From: Escherichia coli
Lineage (GTDB): Bacteria > Pseudomonadota > Gammaproteobacteria > Enterobacterales > Enterobacteriaceae
Assembly (NCBI RefSeq): GCF_003334815.1
Contig: NZ_QOWO01000041.1
Reading direction: 5' to 3' (one strand)
Length of the DNA: 33,046 bases
Positions 19,499-29,748 of this stretch are shown piece by piece. Position 1 is the first letter of the stretch. Each line of letters opens with the position of its first letter. The notes below the pieces were generated by a model, which was given only the letters and a program-made list of their open reading frames with translations, was not told the origin of the DNA and searched no databases. The position numbers and the translations under genes are program-made.

Positions 19499-19529
19499 GT
19501 AACGTTATGTAGGCGACAATATAACGACT
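19499..19529 (-). promoter_or_regulatory. ModE operator overlapping the modA promoter
   Basis: Reverse complement reads CGTTATATTGTCGCCTACATAACGTTACATT, the ModE-protected sequence as I recall it, immediately upstream of the modA RBS. Confidence 0.6.
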
Positions 19530-19649
19530 AACTCGGAATTTTCCCAGCAGTTATTGCTAACCTTTGTGAGGTAGATAAGAAAAAATATCGGCAGGAAAAG
19601 CAGGAAGTTGAGAAAAAGAAAATGCCCGACTAAGCGGGCATTCAGGGAA

Positions 19650-19817
<168 letters not shown>

Positions 19818-19927
19818 TCATGAGACTATTCTAACCGCTAAGCACAGAAAAGCACTCCCCTTTTGTGCGGTCAGCTTTGCGTGGCGTTCGTTTTCCGTCA
19901 CAATAAGACTTTTGCCAGGACATTGTT

Positions 19928-20716
19928 ATGCAGGCCGAAATCCTTCTCACCCTTAAGCTCCAACAAAAATTATTCGCCGACCCGCGCCGCATTTCGCTAC
20001 TAAAACACATTGCGCTTTCCGGTTCCATTAGCCAGGGAGCGAAAGATGCCGGTATTAGCTATAAAAGCGCCTGGGATGCCATTAACGAGATGAATCAGTT
20101 AAGTGAGCATATTCTGGTCGAGCGCGCAACAGGCGGTAAAGGTGGCGGCGGCGCAGTACTGACCCGCTATGGTCAGCGACTGATTCAGCTCTATGACTTA
20201 CTGGCGCAAATCCAGCAAAAAGCCTTTGATGTGTTAAGTGACGATGACGCCCTGCCGCTGAACAGCCTGCTGGCCGCGATCTCACGTTTTTCACTGCAAA
20301 CCAGCGCCCGTAACCAGTGGTTCGGTACCATCACCGCCCGCGATCATGATGACGTTCAACAGCATGTTGATGTCTTACTGGCTGACGGAAAAACACGCCT
20401 GAAAGTCGCAATTACCGCACAAAGCGGCGCGCGTCTGGGGCTGGATGAAGGCAAAGAAGTGTTGATATTGCTAAAAGCGCCGTGGGTAGGTATTACTCAG
20501 GACGAGGCGGTCGCGCAAAACGCTGACAACCAATTACCGGGTATTATTAGTCATATTGAGCGCGGCGCAGAGCAGTGCGAAGTATTAATGGCGCTACCCG
20601 ACGGGCAAACACTGTGCGCCACAGTGCCGGTAAATGAAGCGACTTCTCTTCAGCAAGGACAGAATGTCACGGCCTACTTTAATGCCGACAGCGTGATTAT
20701 CGCCACGCTGTGCTAA
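19928..20716 (+). CDS. modE: ModE molybdate-responsive transcriptional regulator (262 aa)
   Basis: MQAEILLTLKLQQKLFADPRRISLLKHIALSGSISQGAKDAGISYKSAWDAINEMNQL... with C-terminal Mop domains. Confidence 0.93.
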   Translation: MQAEILLTLKLQQKLFADPRRISLLKHIALSGSISQGAKDAGISYKSAWDAINEMNQLSEHILVERATGGKGGGGAVLTRYGQRLIQLYDLLAQIQQKAFDVLSDDDALPLNSLLAAISRFSLQTSARNQWFGTITARDHDDVQQHVDVLLADGKTRLKVAITAQSGARLGLDEGKEVLILLKAPWVGITQDEAVAQNADNQLPGIISHIERGAEQCEVLMALPDGQTLCATVPVNEATSLQQGQNVTAYFNADSVIIATLC

Positions 20717-20783
20717 GCGTGTTGACAATTTGTTATGAAACACGTATCCCTGTCAGTAATCGCTGCACAAAGTGGGATATAAA

Positions 20784-22256
20784 ATGTCATCGTTGCAAAT
20801 TTTGCAAGGCACGTTTCGTCTTAGCGACACAAAAACGCTGCAATTGCCTCAGCTAACGTTAAACGCGGGTGATAGTTGGGCGTTTGTCGGTTCGAATGGA
20901 AGCGGGAAATCGGCCCTGGCCCGCGCGCTGGCGGGGGAACTTCCGCTTTTGAAAGGTGAACGGCAAAGCCAGTTTTCCCACATCACTCGTCTCTCCTTCG
21001 AGCAATTGCAAAAACTCGTCAGCGACGAATGGCAGCGGAATAACACCGATATGCTCGGCCCTGGCGAAGATGACACCGGACGCACTACGGCTGAGATCAT
21101 TCAGGATGAAGTAAAGGATGCACCGCGTTGCATGCAACTGGCGCAGCAGTTCGGTATTACCGCCCTCCTCGACCGACGCTTTAAATACCTTTCCACTGGC
21201 GAGACGCGAAAAACCCTGCTGTGTCAGGCGCTGATGTCGGAGCCTGACTTGTTGATTCTTGATGAGCCGTTCGATGGCCTGGATGTTGCCTCACGTCAGC
21301 AGCTGGCTGAGCGACTCGCCTCGTTACATCAGTCCGGTATTACTCTGGTACTGGTGCTCAATCGCTTCGATGAGATCCCGGAGTTTGTCCAGTTTGCTGG
21401 CGTGCTGGCGGATTGCACGTTAGCGGAAACTGGCGCTAAAGAGGAACTGCTCCAACAAGCACTCGTCGCGCAACTGGCGCATAGTGAACAGCTTGAAGGT
21501 GTGCAACTGCCGGAGCCGGATGAACCTTCAGCACGTCACGCCTTACCCGCCAACGAACCGCGCATTGTGCTGAACAATGGCGTGGTTTCTTATAACGATC
21601 GCCCCATTCTTAATAACCTTAGCTGGCAGGTGAATCCAGGCGAACACTGGCAAATTGTCGGGCCAAATGGTGCAGGAAAATCGACGTTATTAAGCCTGGT
21701 TACTGGCGATCATCCGCAAGGTTACAGCAACGATTTGACGCTTTTCGGACGACGTCGCGGCAGCGGCGAAACCATCTGGGATATCAAAAAGCATATCGGT
21801 TACGTCAGCAGTAGTTTGCATCTGGATTACCGGGTCAGCACTACCGTGCGTAATGTGATTCTTTCTGGCTATTTTGATTCGATTGGCATTTATCAGGCCG
21901 TTTCGGATCGCCAGCAAAAACTGGTGCAGCAGTGGCTGGATATTCTCGGCATTGATAAACGCACGGCTGACGCTCCGTTCCATAGTCTTTCCTGGGGACA
22001 GCAGCGTCTGGCGCTGATTGTCCGCGCACTGGTGAAACATCCGACGTTGCTTATTCTCGATGAACCACTACAGGGGCTTGATCCGCTGAATCGCCAGCTT
22101 ATCCGCCGTTTTGTTGATGTGCTGATTAGCGAAGGTGAAACGCAATTGTTGTTTGTTTCGCACCACGCTGAAGATGCGCCTGCCTGTATTACCCATCGTC
22201 TTGAGTTCGTGCCGGACGGTGGACTCTATCGCTATGTGCTGACAAAAATATATTGA
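20784..22256 (+). CDS. modF: ModF, ABC-type ATPase with two nucleotide-binding domains (490 aa)
   Basis: ORF 20772-22256 trimmed to ATG 20784 (MSSLQILQG...). Two Walker A motifs (GSNGSGKS, GPNGAGKS). Confidence 0.9.
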   Translation: MSSLQILQGTFRLSDTKTLQLPQLTLNAGDSWAFVGSNGSGKSALARALAGELPLLKGERQSQFSHITRLSFEQLQKLVSDEWQRNNTDMLGPGEDDTGRTTAEIIQDEVKDAPRCMQLAQQFGITALLDRRFKYLSTGETRKTLLCQALMSEPDLLILDEPFDGLDVASRQQLAERLASLHQSGITLVLVLNRFDEIPEFVQFAGVLADCTLAETGAKEELLQQALVAQLAHSEQLEGVQLPEPDEPSARHALPANEPRIVLNNGVVSYNDRPILNNLSWQVNPGEHWQIVGPNGAGKSTLLSLVTGDHPQGYSNDLTLFGRRRGSGETIWDIKKHIGYVSSSLHLDYRVSTTVRNVILSGYFDSIGIYQAVSDRQQKLVQQWLDILGIDKRTADAPFHSLSWGQQRLALIVRALVKHPTLLILDEPLQGLDPLNRQLIRRFVDVLISEGETQLLFVSHHAEDAPACITHRLEFVPDGGLYRYVLTKIY

Positions 22257-22422
22257 GTCGGTAGTGCTGACCTTGCCGGAGGCGGCCTTAGCGCCCTCTC
22301 CGGCCAACGGTTCGACGCATGCAGGCATGAAACCGCGTCTTTTTTCAGATAAAAAGCGCAATCATTCATAAACCCTCTGTTTTATAATCACTTAATCGCG
22401 CATAAAAAACGGCTAAATTCTT

Positions 22423-22438
22423 GTGTAAACGATTCCAC
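22423..22438. promoter_or_regulatory. gal external operator OE (GalR/GalS site)
   Basis: GTGTAAACGATTCCAC, upstream of the gal promoters. Confidence 0.7.
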
Positions 22439-22442
22439 TAAT

Positions 22443-22490
22443 TTATTCCATGTCACACTTTTCGCATCTTTGTTATGCTATGGTTATTTC
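22443..22490 (+). promoter_or_regulatory. gal P1/P2 overlapping promoters with CRP site
   Basis: CRP half-site TGTCACA at 22451-22457; overlapping -10 elements TATGCT / TATGGT at 22474-22484. Confidence 0.6.
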
Positions 22491-22516
22491 ATACCATAAG
22501 CCTAATGGAGCGAATT

Positions 22517-23533
22517 ATGAGAGTTCTGGTTACCGGTGGTAGCGGTTACATTGGAAGTCATACCTGTGTGCAATTACTGCAAAACGGTCATGATGTCATC
22601 ATTCTTGATAACCTCTGTAACAGTAAGCGCAGCGTACTGCCTGTTATCGAGCGTTTAGGCGGCAAACATCCAACGTTTGTTGAAGGCGATATTCGTAACG
22701 AAGCGTTGATGACCGAGATCCTGCACGATCACGCTATCGACACCGTGATCCACTTCGCCGGGCTGAAAGCCGTGGGCGAATCGGTACAAAAACCGCTGGA
22801 ATATTACGACAACAATGTCAACGGCACTCTGCGCCTGATTAGCGCCATGCGCGCCGCTAACGTCAAAAACTTTATTTTTAGCTCCTCCGCCACCGTTTAT
22901 GGCGATCAGCCCAAAATTCCATACGTTGAAAGCTTCCCGACCGGCACACCGCAAAGCCCTTACGGCAAAAGCAAGCTGATGGTGGAACAGATCCTCACCG
23001 ATCTGCAAAAAGCCCAGCCGGACTGGAGCATTGCCCTGCTGCGCTACTTCAACCCGGTTGGCGCGCATCCGTCGGGCGATATGGGCGAAGATCCGCAAGG
23101 CATTCCGAATAACCTGATGCCATACATCGCCCAGGTTGCTGTAGGCCGTCGCGACTCGCTGGCGATTTTTGGTAACGATTATCCGACCGAAGATGGTACT
23201 GGCGTACGCGATTACATCCACGTAATGGATCTGGCGGACGGTCACGTCGTGGCGATGGAAAAACTGGCGAACAAGCCAGGCGTACACATCTACAACCTCG
23301 GCGCTGGCGTAGGCAACAGCGTGCTGGACGTGGTTAATGCCTTCAGCAAAGCCTGCGGCAAACCGGTTAATTATCATTTTGCACCGCGTCGCGAGGGCGA
23401 CCTTCCGGCCTACTGGGCGGACGCCAGCAAAGCCGACCGTGAACTGAACTGGCGCGTAACGCGCACACTCGATGAAATGGCGCAGGACACCTGGCACTGG
23501 CAGTCACGCCATCCACAGGGATATCCCGATTAA
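22517..23533 (+). CDS. galE: UDP-glucose 4-epimerase (338 aa)
   Basis: ORF 22475-23533 trimmed to ATG 22517 (MRVLVTGGSGYIGSH..., Rossmann GxxGxxG). Catalytic YGKSK motif present. Confidence 0.93.
   Translation: MRVLVTGGSGYIGSHTCVQLLQNGHDVIILDNLCNSKRSVLPVIERLGGKHPTFVEGDIRNEALMTEILHDHAIDTVIHFAGLKAVGESVQKPLEYYDNNVNGTLRLISAMRAANVKNFIFSSSATVYGDQPKIPYVESFPTGTPQSPYGKSKLMVEQILTDLQKAQPDWSIALLRYFNPVGAHPSGDMGEDPQGIPNNLMPYIAQVAVGRRDSLAIFGNDYPTEDGTGVRDYIHVMDLADGHVVAMEKLANKPGVHIYNLGAGVGNSVLDVVNAFSKACGKPVNYHFAPRREGDLPAYWADASKADRELNWRVTRTLDEMAQDTWHWQSRHPQGYPD
22536..22551. promoter_or_regulatory. gal internal operator OI within galE
   Basis: GTGGTAGCGGTTACAT inside the first codons of galE. Confidence 0.65.
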
Positions 23534-23542
23534 GGAACGACC

Positions 23543-24589
23543 ATGACGCAATTTAATCCCGTTGATCATCCACATCGCCGCTACAACCCGCTCACCGGGC
23601 AATGGATTCTGGTTTCACCGCACCGCGCTAAGCGCCCCTGGCAGGGGGCGCAGGAAACGCCAGCCAAACAGGTGTTACCTGCGCACGATCCAGATTGCTT
23701 CCTCTGCGCAGGTAATGTGCGGGTGACAGGCGATAAAAACCCCGATTACACCGGGACTTACGTTTTCACTAATGACTTTGCGGCTTTGATGTCTGACACG
23801 CCAGATGCGCCAGAAAGTCACGATCCGCTGATGCGTTGCCAGAGCGCGCGCGGCACCAGCCGGGTGATCTGCTTTTCACCGGATCACAGTAAAACGCTGC
23901 CAGAGCTCAGCGTTGCAGCATTGACGGAAATCGTCAAAACCTGGCAGGAGCAAACCGCAGAACTGGGGAAAACGTACCCATGGGTGCAGGTTTTTGAAAA
24001 CAAAGGCGCGGCGATGGGCTGCTCTAACCCGCATCCGCACGGTCAGATTTGGGCAAATAGCTTCCTGCCTAACGAAGCTGAGCGCGAAGACCGCCTGCAA
24101 AAAGAATATTTTGCCGAACAGAAATCACCAATGCTGGTGGATTATGTTCAGCGCGAGCTGGCAGACGGTAGCCGTACCGTTGTCGAAACCGAACACTGGT
24201 TAGCCGTCGTGCCTTACTGGGCTGCCTGGCCGTTCGAAACGCTACTGCTGCCCAAAGCCCACGTTTTACGGATCACCGATTTGACCGACGCCCAGCGCAG
24301 CGATCTGGCGCTGGCGTTGAAAAAGCTGACCAGTCGTTATGACAACCTCTTCCAGTGCTCCTTCCCCTACTCTATGGGCTGGCACGGCGCGCCATTTAAT
24401 GGCGAAGAGAATCAACACTGGCAGCTGCACGCGCACTTTTATCCGCCTCTGCTGCGCTCCGCCACCGTACGTAAATTTATGGTTGGTTATGAAATGCTGG
24501 CAGAGACCCAGCGAGACCTGACCGCAGAACAGGCAGCAGAGCGTTTGCGCGCAGTCAGCGATATCCATTTTCGCGAATCCGGAGTGTAA
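23543..24589 (+). CDS. galT: Galactose-1-phosphate uridylyltransferase (348 aa)
   Basis: HPH motif (NPHPHGQIW) and Cys-rich zinc site (CFLCAGN). Confidence 0.93.
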
Positions 24590-24592
24590 GAA

Positions 24593-25741
24593 ATGAGTCT
24601 GAAAGAAAAAACACAATCTCTGTTTGCCAACGCATTTGGCTACCCTGCCACTCACACCATTCAGGCGCCTGGCCGCGTGAATTTGATTGGTGAACACACC
24701 GACTACAACGACGGTTTCGTTCTGCCCTGCGCGATTGATTATCAAACCGTGATCAGTTGTGCACCACGCGATGACCGTAAAGTTCGCGTGATGGCAGCCG
24801 ATTATGAAAATCAGCTCGACGAGTTTTCCCTCGATGCGCCCATTGTCGCACATGAAAACTATCAATGGGCTAACTACGTTCGTGGCGTGGTGAAACATCT
24901 GCAACTGCGTAACAACAGCTTCGGCGGCGTGGACATGGTGATCAGCGGCAATGTGCCGCAGGGTGCCGGGTTAAGTTCTTCCGCTTCACTGGAAGTCGCG
25001 GTCGGAACCGTATTGCAGCAGCTTTATCATCTGCCGCTGGACGGCGCACAAATCGCGCTTAACGGTCAGGAAGCAGAAAACCAGTTTGTAGGCTGTAACT
25101 GCGGGATCATGGATCAGCTAATTTCCGCGCTCGGCAAGAAAGATCATGCCTTGCTGATCGATTGCCGCTCACTGGGGACCAAAGCAGTTTCCATGCCCAA
25201 AGGTGTGGCTGTCGTCATCATCAACAGTAACTTCAAACGTACCCTGGTTGGCAGCGAATACAACACCCGTCGTGAACAGTGCGAAACCGGTGCGCGTTTC
25301 TTCCAGCAGCCAGCCCTGCGTGATGTCACCATTGAAGAGTTCAACGCTGTTGCGCATGAACTGGACCCGATCGTGGCAAAACGCGTGCGTCATATACTGA
25401 CTGAAAACGCCCGCACCGTTGAAGCTGCCAGCGCGCTGGAGCAAGGCGACCTGAAACGTATGGGCGAGTTGATGGCGGAGTCTCATGCCTCTATGCGCGA
25501 TGATTTCGAAATCACCGTGCCGCAAATTGACACTCTGGTAGAAATCGTCAAAGCTGTGATTGGCGACAAAGGTGGCGTACGCATGACCGGCGGCGGATTT
25601 GGCGGCTGTATCGTCGCGCTGATCCCGGAAGAGCTGGTGCCTGCCGTACAGCAAGCTGTCGCTGAACAATATGAAGCAAAAACAGGTATTAAAGAGACTT
25701 TTTACGTTTGTAAACCATCACAAGGAGCAGGACAGTGCTGA
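24593..25741 (+). CDS. galK: Galactokinase (382 aa)
   Basis: GHMP kinase motifs ([14 protein letters not shown]); N-terminal galactokinase signature [13 protein letters not shown]. Confidence 0.93.
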
Positions 25742-26775
25742 ACGAAACTCCCGCACTGGCACCCGATGGTCAGCCGTACCGACTGTTAACTTTGCGTAAC
25801 AACGCAGGGATGGTAGTCACGCTGATGGACTGGGGTGCGACTTTACTTTCCGCCCGTATTCCGCTTTCCGATGGCAGCGTCCGCGAGGCGCTGCTCGGCT
25901 GTGCCAGCCCGGAATGCTATCAGGATCAGGCCGCGTTTCTGGGGGCCTCTATTGGTCGTTATGCCAACCGTATCGCCAATAGCCGTTATACCTTTGACGG
26001 TGAAACCGTGACGCTTTCGCCAAGTCAGGGCGTTAACCAGCTGCACGGCGGGCCGGAAGGGTTCGACAAACGTCGCTGGCAGATTGTGAACCAGAACGAT
26101 CGTCAGGTGCTGTTTGCCCTGAGTTCAGATGATGGTGATCAGGGCTTCCCGGGTAATCTCGGCGCGACGGTGCAATATCGTCTGACCGACGATAACCGTA
26201 TCTCCATTACTTATCGCGCCACAGTTGATAAACCTTGCCCGGTGAATATGACTAATCACGTCTATTTCAATCTTGACGGCGAGCAGTCTGACGTGCGCAA
26301 TCACAAGTTGCAGATTCTGGCGGACGAATATCTGCCGGTTGATGAAGGCGGCATTCCGCACGACGGCCTGAAATCTGTCGCCGGAACGTCTTTTGATTTC
26401 CGCAGCGCCAAAATCATCGCCAGTGAGTTTCTTGCCGACGACGATCAGCGCAAAGTGAAAGGTTACGATCACGCATTCTTGTTACAGGCCAAAGGCGATG
26501 GCAAGAAAGTGGCGGCGCATGTCTGGTCAGCAGATGAAAAATTGCAGCTGAAGGTCTACACCACCGCTCCGGCTCTGCAATTCTACTCCGGCAACTTCCT
26601 CGGCGGCACACCGTCGCGGGGAACCGAACCTTACGCCGACTGGCAAGGGCTGGCTCTGGAAAGCGAGTTTCTACCGGACAGCCCGAACCACCCTGAATGG
26701 CCGCAACCGGACTGCTTCCTGCGTCCTGGCGAAGAGTATTCCAGCCTGACGGAATATCAGTTTATTGCTGAGTAA
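25735..26775 (+). CDS. galM: Aldose 1-epimerase / galactose mutarotase (346 aa)
   Basis: Start overlaps the galK stop by 7 nt; last gene of the gal operon. Confidence 0.92.
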
Positions 26776-26781
26776 TGTTAC

Positions 26782-26805
26782 GCCCTCGTCATGAGGGCTT
26801 TATCT
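26782..26805 (+). terminator. Stem-loop after galM (weak intrinsic terminator)
   Basis: GCCCTC-GTCAT-GAGGGC followed by TTTATCTC. Confidence 0.4.
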
Positions 26806-26930
26806 CATATTGTTCAAATCACCAGCAAACACCGACATATTTGCAACTCAATATTCACAACAACCTTACACTGCGCCACTATTTTCGCTATGGTTATGCG
26901 TAAGCATTGCTGTTGCTTCGTCGCGGCAAT

Positions 26931-26951
26931 ATAATGAGAATTATTATCATT
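26931..26951. promoter_or_regulatory. Fur-box-like AT-rich dyad upstream of gpmA
   Basis: ATAATGAGAATTATTATCATT resembles the Fur consensus GATAATGATAATCATTATC, about 30 bp upstream of the gpmA start. Confidence 0.35.
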
Positions 26952-26976
26952 AAAAGATGATTTGAGGAGTAAGTAT

Positions 26977-27729
26977 ATGGCTGTAACTAAGCTGGTTCTG
27001 GTTCGTCATGGCGAAAGTCAGTGGAACAAAGAAAACCGTTTCACCGGTTGGTACGACGTGGATCTGTCTGAGAAAGGCGTAAGCGAAGCAAAAGCAGCAG
27101 GTAAGCTGCTGAAAGAGGAAGGTTACAGCTTTGACTTTGCTTACACTTCTGTGCTGAAACGCGCTATCCATACCCTGTGGAATGTGCTGGACGAACTGGA
27201 TCAGGCATGGCTGCCCGTTGAGAAATCCTGGAAACTGAACGAACGTCACTACGGTGCGTTGCAGGGTCTGAACAAAGCGGAAACTGCTGAAAAGTATGGC
27301 GACGAGCAGGTGAAACAGTGGCGTCGTGGTTTTGCAGTGACTCCGCCGGAACTGACTAAAGATGATGAGCGTTATCCGGGTCACGATCCGCGTTACGCGA
27401 AACTGAGCGAGAAAGAACTGCCGCTGACGGAAAGCCTGGCGCTGACCATTGACCGCGTGATCCCTTACTGGAATGAAACTATTCTGCCGCGTATGAAGAG
27501 CGGTGAGCGCGTGATCATCGCTGCACACGGTAACTCTTTACGTGCGCTGGTGAAATATCTTGATAACATGAGCGAAGAAGAGATTCTTGAGCTTAATATC
27601 CCGACTGGCGTGCCGCTGGTGTATGAGTTCGACGAGAATTTCAAACCGCTGAAACGCTATTATCTGGGTAATGCTGACGAGATCGCAGCGAAAGCAGCGG
27701 CGGTTGCAAACCAGGGTAAAGCGAAGTAA
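26977..27729 (+). CDS. gpmA: 2,3-bisphosphoglycerate-dependent phosphoglycerate mutase (250 aa)
   Basis: ORF 26962-27729 trimmed to ATG 26977 ([25 protein letters not shown]..., RHG catalytic motif) with GAGGAG RBS. Confidence 0.93.
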
Positions 27730-27750
27730 ACGTCATTCGTTTAAAATGAG

Positions 27751-27781
27751 AAAGCCGACTGCAAGTGAGTCGGCTTTTTTG
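27751..27781 (+). terminator. Rho-independent terminator of gpmA
   Basis: AAAGCCGACT...AGTCGGC stem followed by TTTTTTG. Confidence 0.7.
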
Positions 27782-27802
27782 TTGCTAACAATGGAGCACA
27801 TT

Positions 27803-27875
27803 GCCTGATGCGACGCTGCGCGACTTATCAGGCCTGTGGTGATTCATCGGATACGCCACTCTGACGGCGCATCCG
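27803..27875. repeat. REP/BIME element between gpmA and aroG
   Basis: GCCTGATGCGACGCTGCGCGACTTATCAGGCC palindromic REP, then a second REP-like palindrome CGGATACGCC...GGCGCATCCG. Confidence 0.55.
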
Positions 27876-27886
27876 ACAATTAAACC

Positions 27887-28939
27887 TTACCCGCGACGCG
27901 CTTTTACTGCATTCGCCAGTTGACGTAACAGAGCATCGGTATCTTCCCAGCCGATGCAGGCATCGGTGATGCTCTTACCGTAGGCCAGCGGCTCCCCGCT
28001 CTCGAGGCTCTGATTGCCTTCCACCAGATGGCTTTCCACCATCACGCCAATAATGGCCTTTTCGCCACCGGCAATCTGCTGGCAAACGTCAGCACAAACA
28101 TCCATCTGCTTTTTGAATTGTTTGGACGAGTTAGCATGGCTGAAATCGATCATCACCTGTGCTGGCAGGCCTGCTTTGTTCAGCCCTTCTTTCACTTCAG
28201 CAACGTGCTTCGCGCTGTAGTTAGGCTCTTTACCGCCGCGCAGAATGATATGGCAATCGCCGTTACCGCTGGTATTCACAATCGCCGAATGCCCCCATTT
28301 CGTTACGGACAGGAAGCAGTGCGGCGCACCGGCGGCATTAATGGCATCGATAGCCACTTTAATCGTACCGTCGGTGCCATTTTTGAAGCCGACCGGACAA
28401 GAAAGCCCTGATGCCAGTTCGCGGTGCACCTGCGATTCGGTGGTACGTGCGCCAATTGCGCCCCAGCTCATCAGGTCAGCGAGATATTGTGGGGTGATCA
28501 TATCGAGAAACTCACCTGCCGCTGGCAGACCGCTGTCGTTAATATCAAGCAGCAATTTACGGGCTATACGCAGACCGTCGTTGATCTGGAAGCTATTATC
28601 CATATGCGGATCGTTAATCAGCCCTTTCCAGCCCACCGTGGTACGCGGCTTTTCAAAATAGACGCGCATTACGATTTCCAGCTCATCTTTCAGCTCTTCA
28701 CGCAGCGCCAGCAAGCGAGTGGCATACTCTTTTGCCGCGACAGGATCATGAATTGAGCATGGGCCAATCACAACCAACAGGCGATCATCATTACCTTTCA
28801 GGATCTTATGGATCGCTTTTCGGGCATGGGCAACCGTATTCGCGGCATTTTCAGTAGCGGGGAATTTTTCCAGCAATGCGACAGGAGGAAGTAACTCTTT
28901 GATTTCTTTGATGCGTAAATCGTCGTTCTGATAATTCAT
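27887..28939 (-). CDS. aroG: DAHP synthase, Phe-sensitive isozyme (350 aa)
   Basis: MNYQNDDLRIKEIKELLPPVALLEKFPATENAANTVAHARKAIHKILKGNDDRLLVVIGPCSIHDP.... Confidence 0.93.
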   Translation of the reverse strand: MNYQNDDLRIKEIKELLPPVALLEKFPATENAANTVAHARKAIHKILKGNDDRLLVVIGPCSIHDPVAAKEYATRLLALREELKDELEIVMRVYFEKPRTTVGWKGLINDPHMDNSFQINDGLRIARKLLLDINDSGLPAAGEFLDMITPQYLADLMSWGAIGARTTESQVHRELASGLSCPVGFKNGTDGTIKVAIDAINAAGAPHCFLSVTKWGHSAIVNTSGNGDCHIILRGGKEPNYSAKHVAEVKEGLNKAGLPAQVMIDFSHANSSKQFKKQMDVCADVCQQIAGGEKAIIGVMVESHLVEGNQSLESGEPLAYGKSITDACIGWEDTDALLRQLANAVKARRG

Positions 28940-29009
28940 GTCTGTTCCAGTGTTGCCATACTTATCTTAGTGAATGCAATACTTCCAATCTATATCTTCC
29001 GTCAGAATG

Positions 29010-29027
29010 TGTAAACGGGGTTTTACA
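29010..29027. promoter_or_regulatory. TyrR box upstream of aroG
   Basis: Perfect TGTAAA-N6-TTTACA at 29010-29027, about 70 bp upstream of the aroG start codon. Confidence 0.55.
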
Positions 29028-29254
29028 CTATGAACGGATTAATCCTGGAATTAGCAAGAAAAACGCCAGATTGTCGCGAAAAACGAGATCTCTCCTACAA
29101 TTTCTAACTGTAACTCCTTTGTTTGTTAATTATTTCAAGATTCTCTGCTGCGTTTCATAACCTGGCTGAAATCTTAAACCAATGCCTTATATTCACCTGC
29201 AAATGCACTGTTGGAAGAGGTTATCCGACATAACGACCATAACAGGAGCATCCT

Positions 29255-29635
29255 ATGAAAATGACAAAACTGGCCACATTATTTCTGACTGCCACTCTAA
29301 GCCTTGCCAGCGGTGCCGCACTGGCTGCCGATAGCGGAGCGCAAACTAATAACGGCCAGGCAAACGCCGCAGCTGATGCGGGCCAGGTAGCCCCTGACGC
29401 CCGTGAAAATGTCGCGCCAAATAACGTCGACAATAACGGGGTAAATACCGGTTCTGGCGGCACAATGCTGCATTCGGATGGTTCTTCAATGAACAATGAC
29501 GGAATGACCAAAGATGAAGAGCACAAGAACACCATGTGCAAAGATGGTCGCTGTCCGGATATCAATAAAAAGGTACAAACCGGTGATGGCATCAATAATG
29601 ATGTCGATACCAAAACCGACGGTACCACGCAGTAA
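29255..29635 (+). CDS. ybgS: YbgS, small secreted Asn/Asp/Gly-rich protein of unknown function (126 aa)
   Basis: Signal peptide [24 protein letters not shown]; low-complexity mature region. Confidence 0.85.
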
Positions 29636-29656
29636 CCCTGCAAAATAGCCAATAAT

Positions 29657-29680
29657 GGGAGAGCGGAGTCTCTCCCTTTT
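29657..29680 (+). terminator. Rho-independent terminator of ybgS
   Basis: GGGAGAG-loop-CTCTCCC followed by TTTT. Confidence 0.6.
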
Positions 29681-29748
29681 AATTTTTCACTTCTAAAAGC
29701 AGTATGATGTCATAAAGTTAAGTGAGAATAATTAAGGGATGACTCGTC

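Noticed and set aside
22655-23497. 280-aa - strand ORF
   Set aside because: Antisense within galE.
24266-24904. 212-aa - strand ORF
   Set aside because: Antisense across the galT/galK junction.
26950-27528. 192-aa - strand ORF
   Set aside because: Antisense within gpmA.
29221-29652. 143-aa - strand ORF
   Set aside because: Antisense within ybgS; low complexity.
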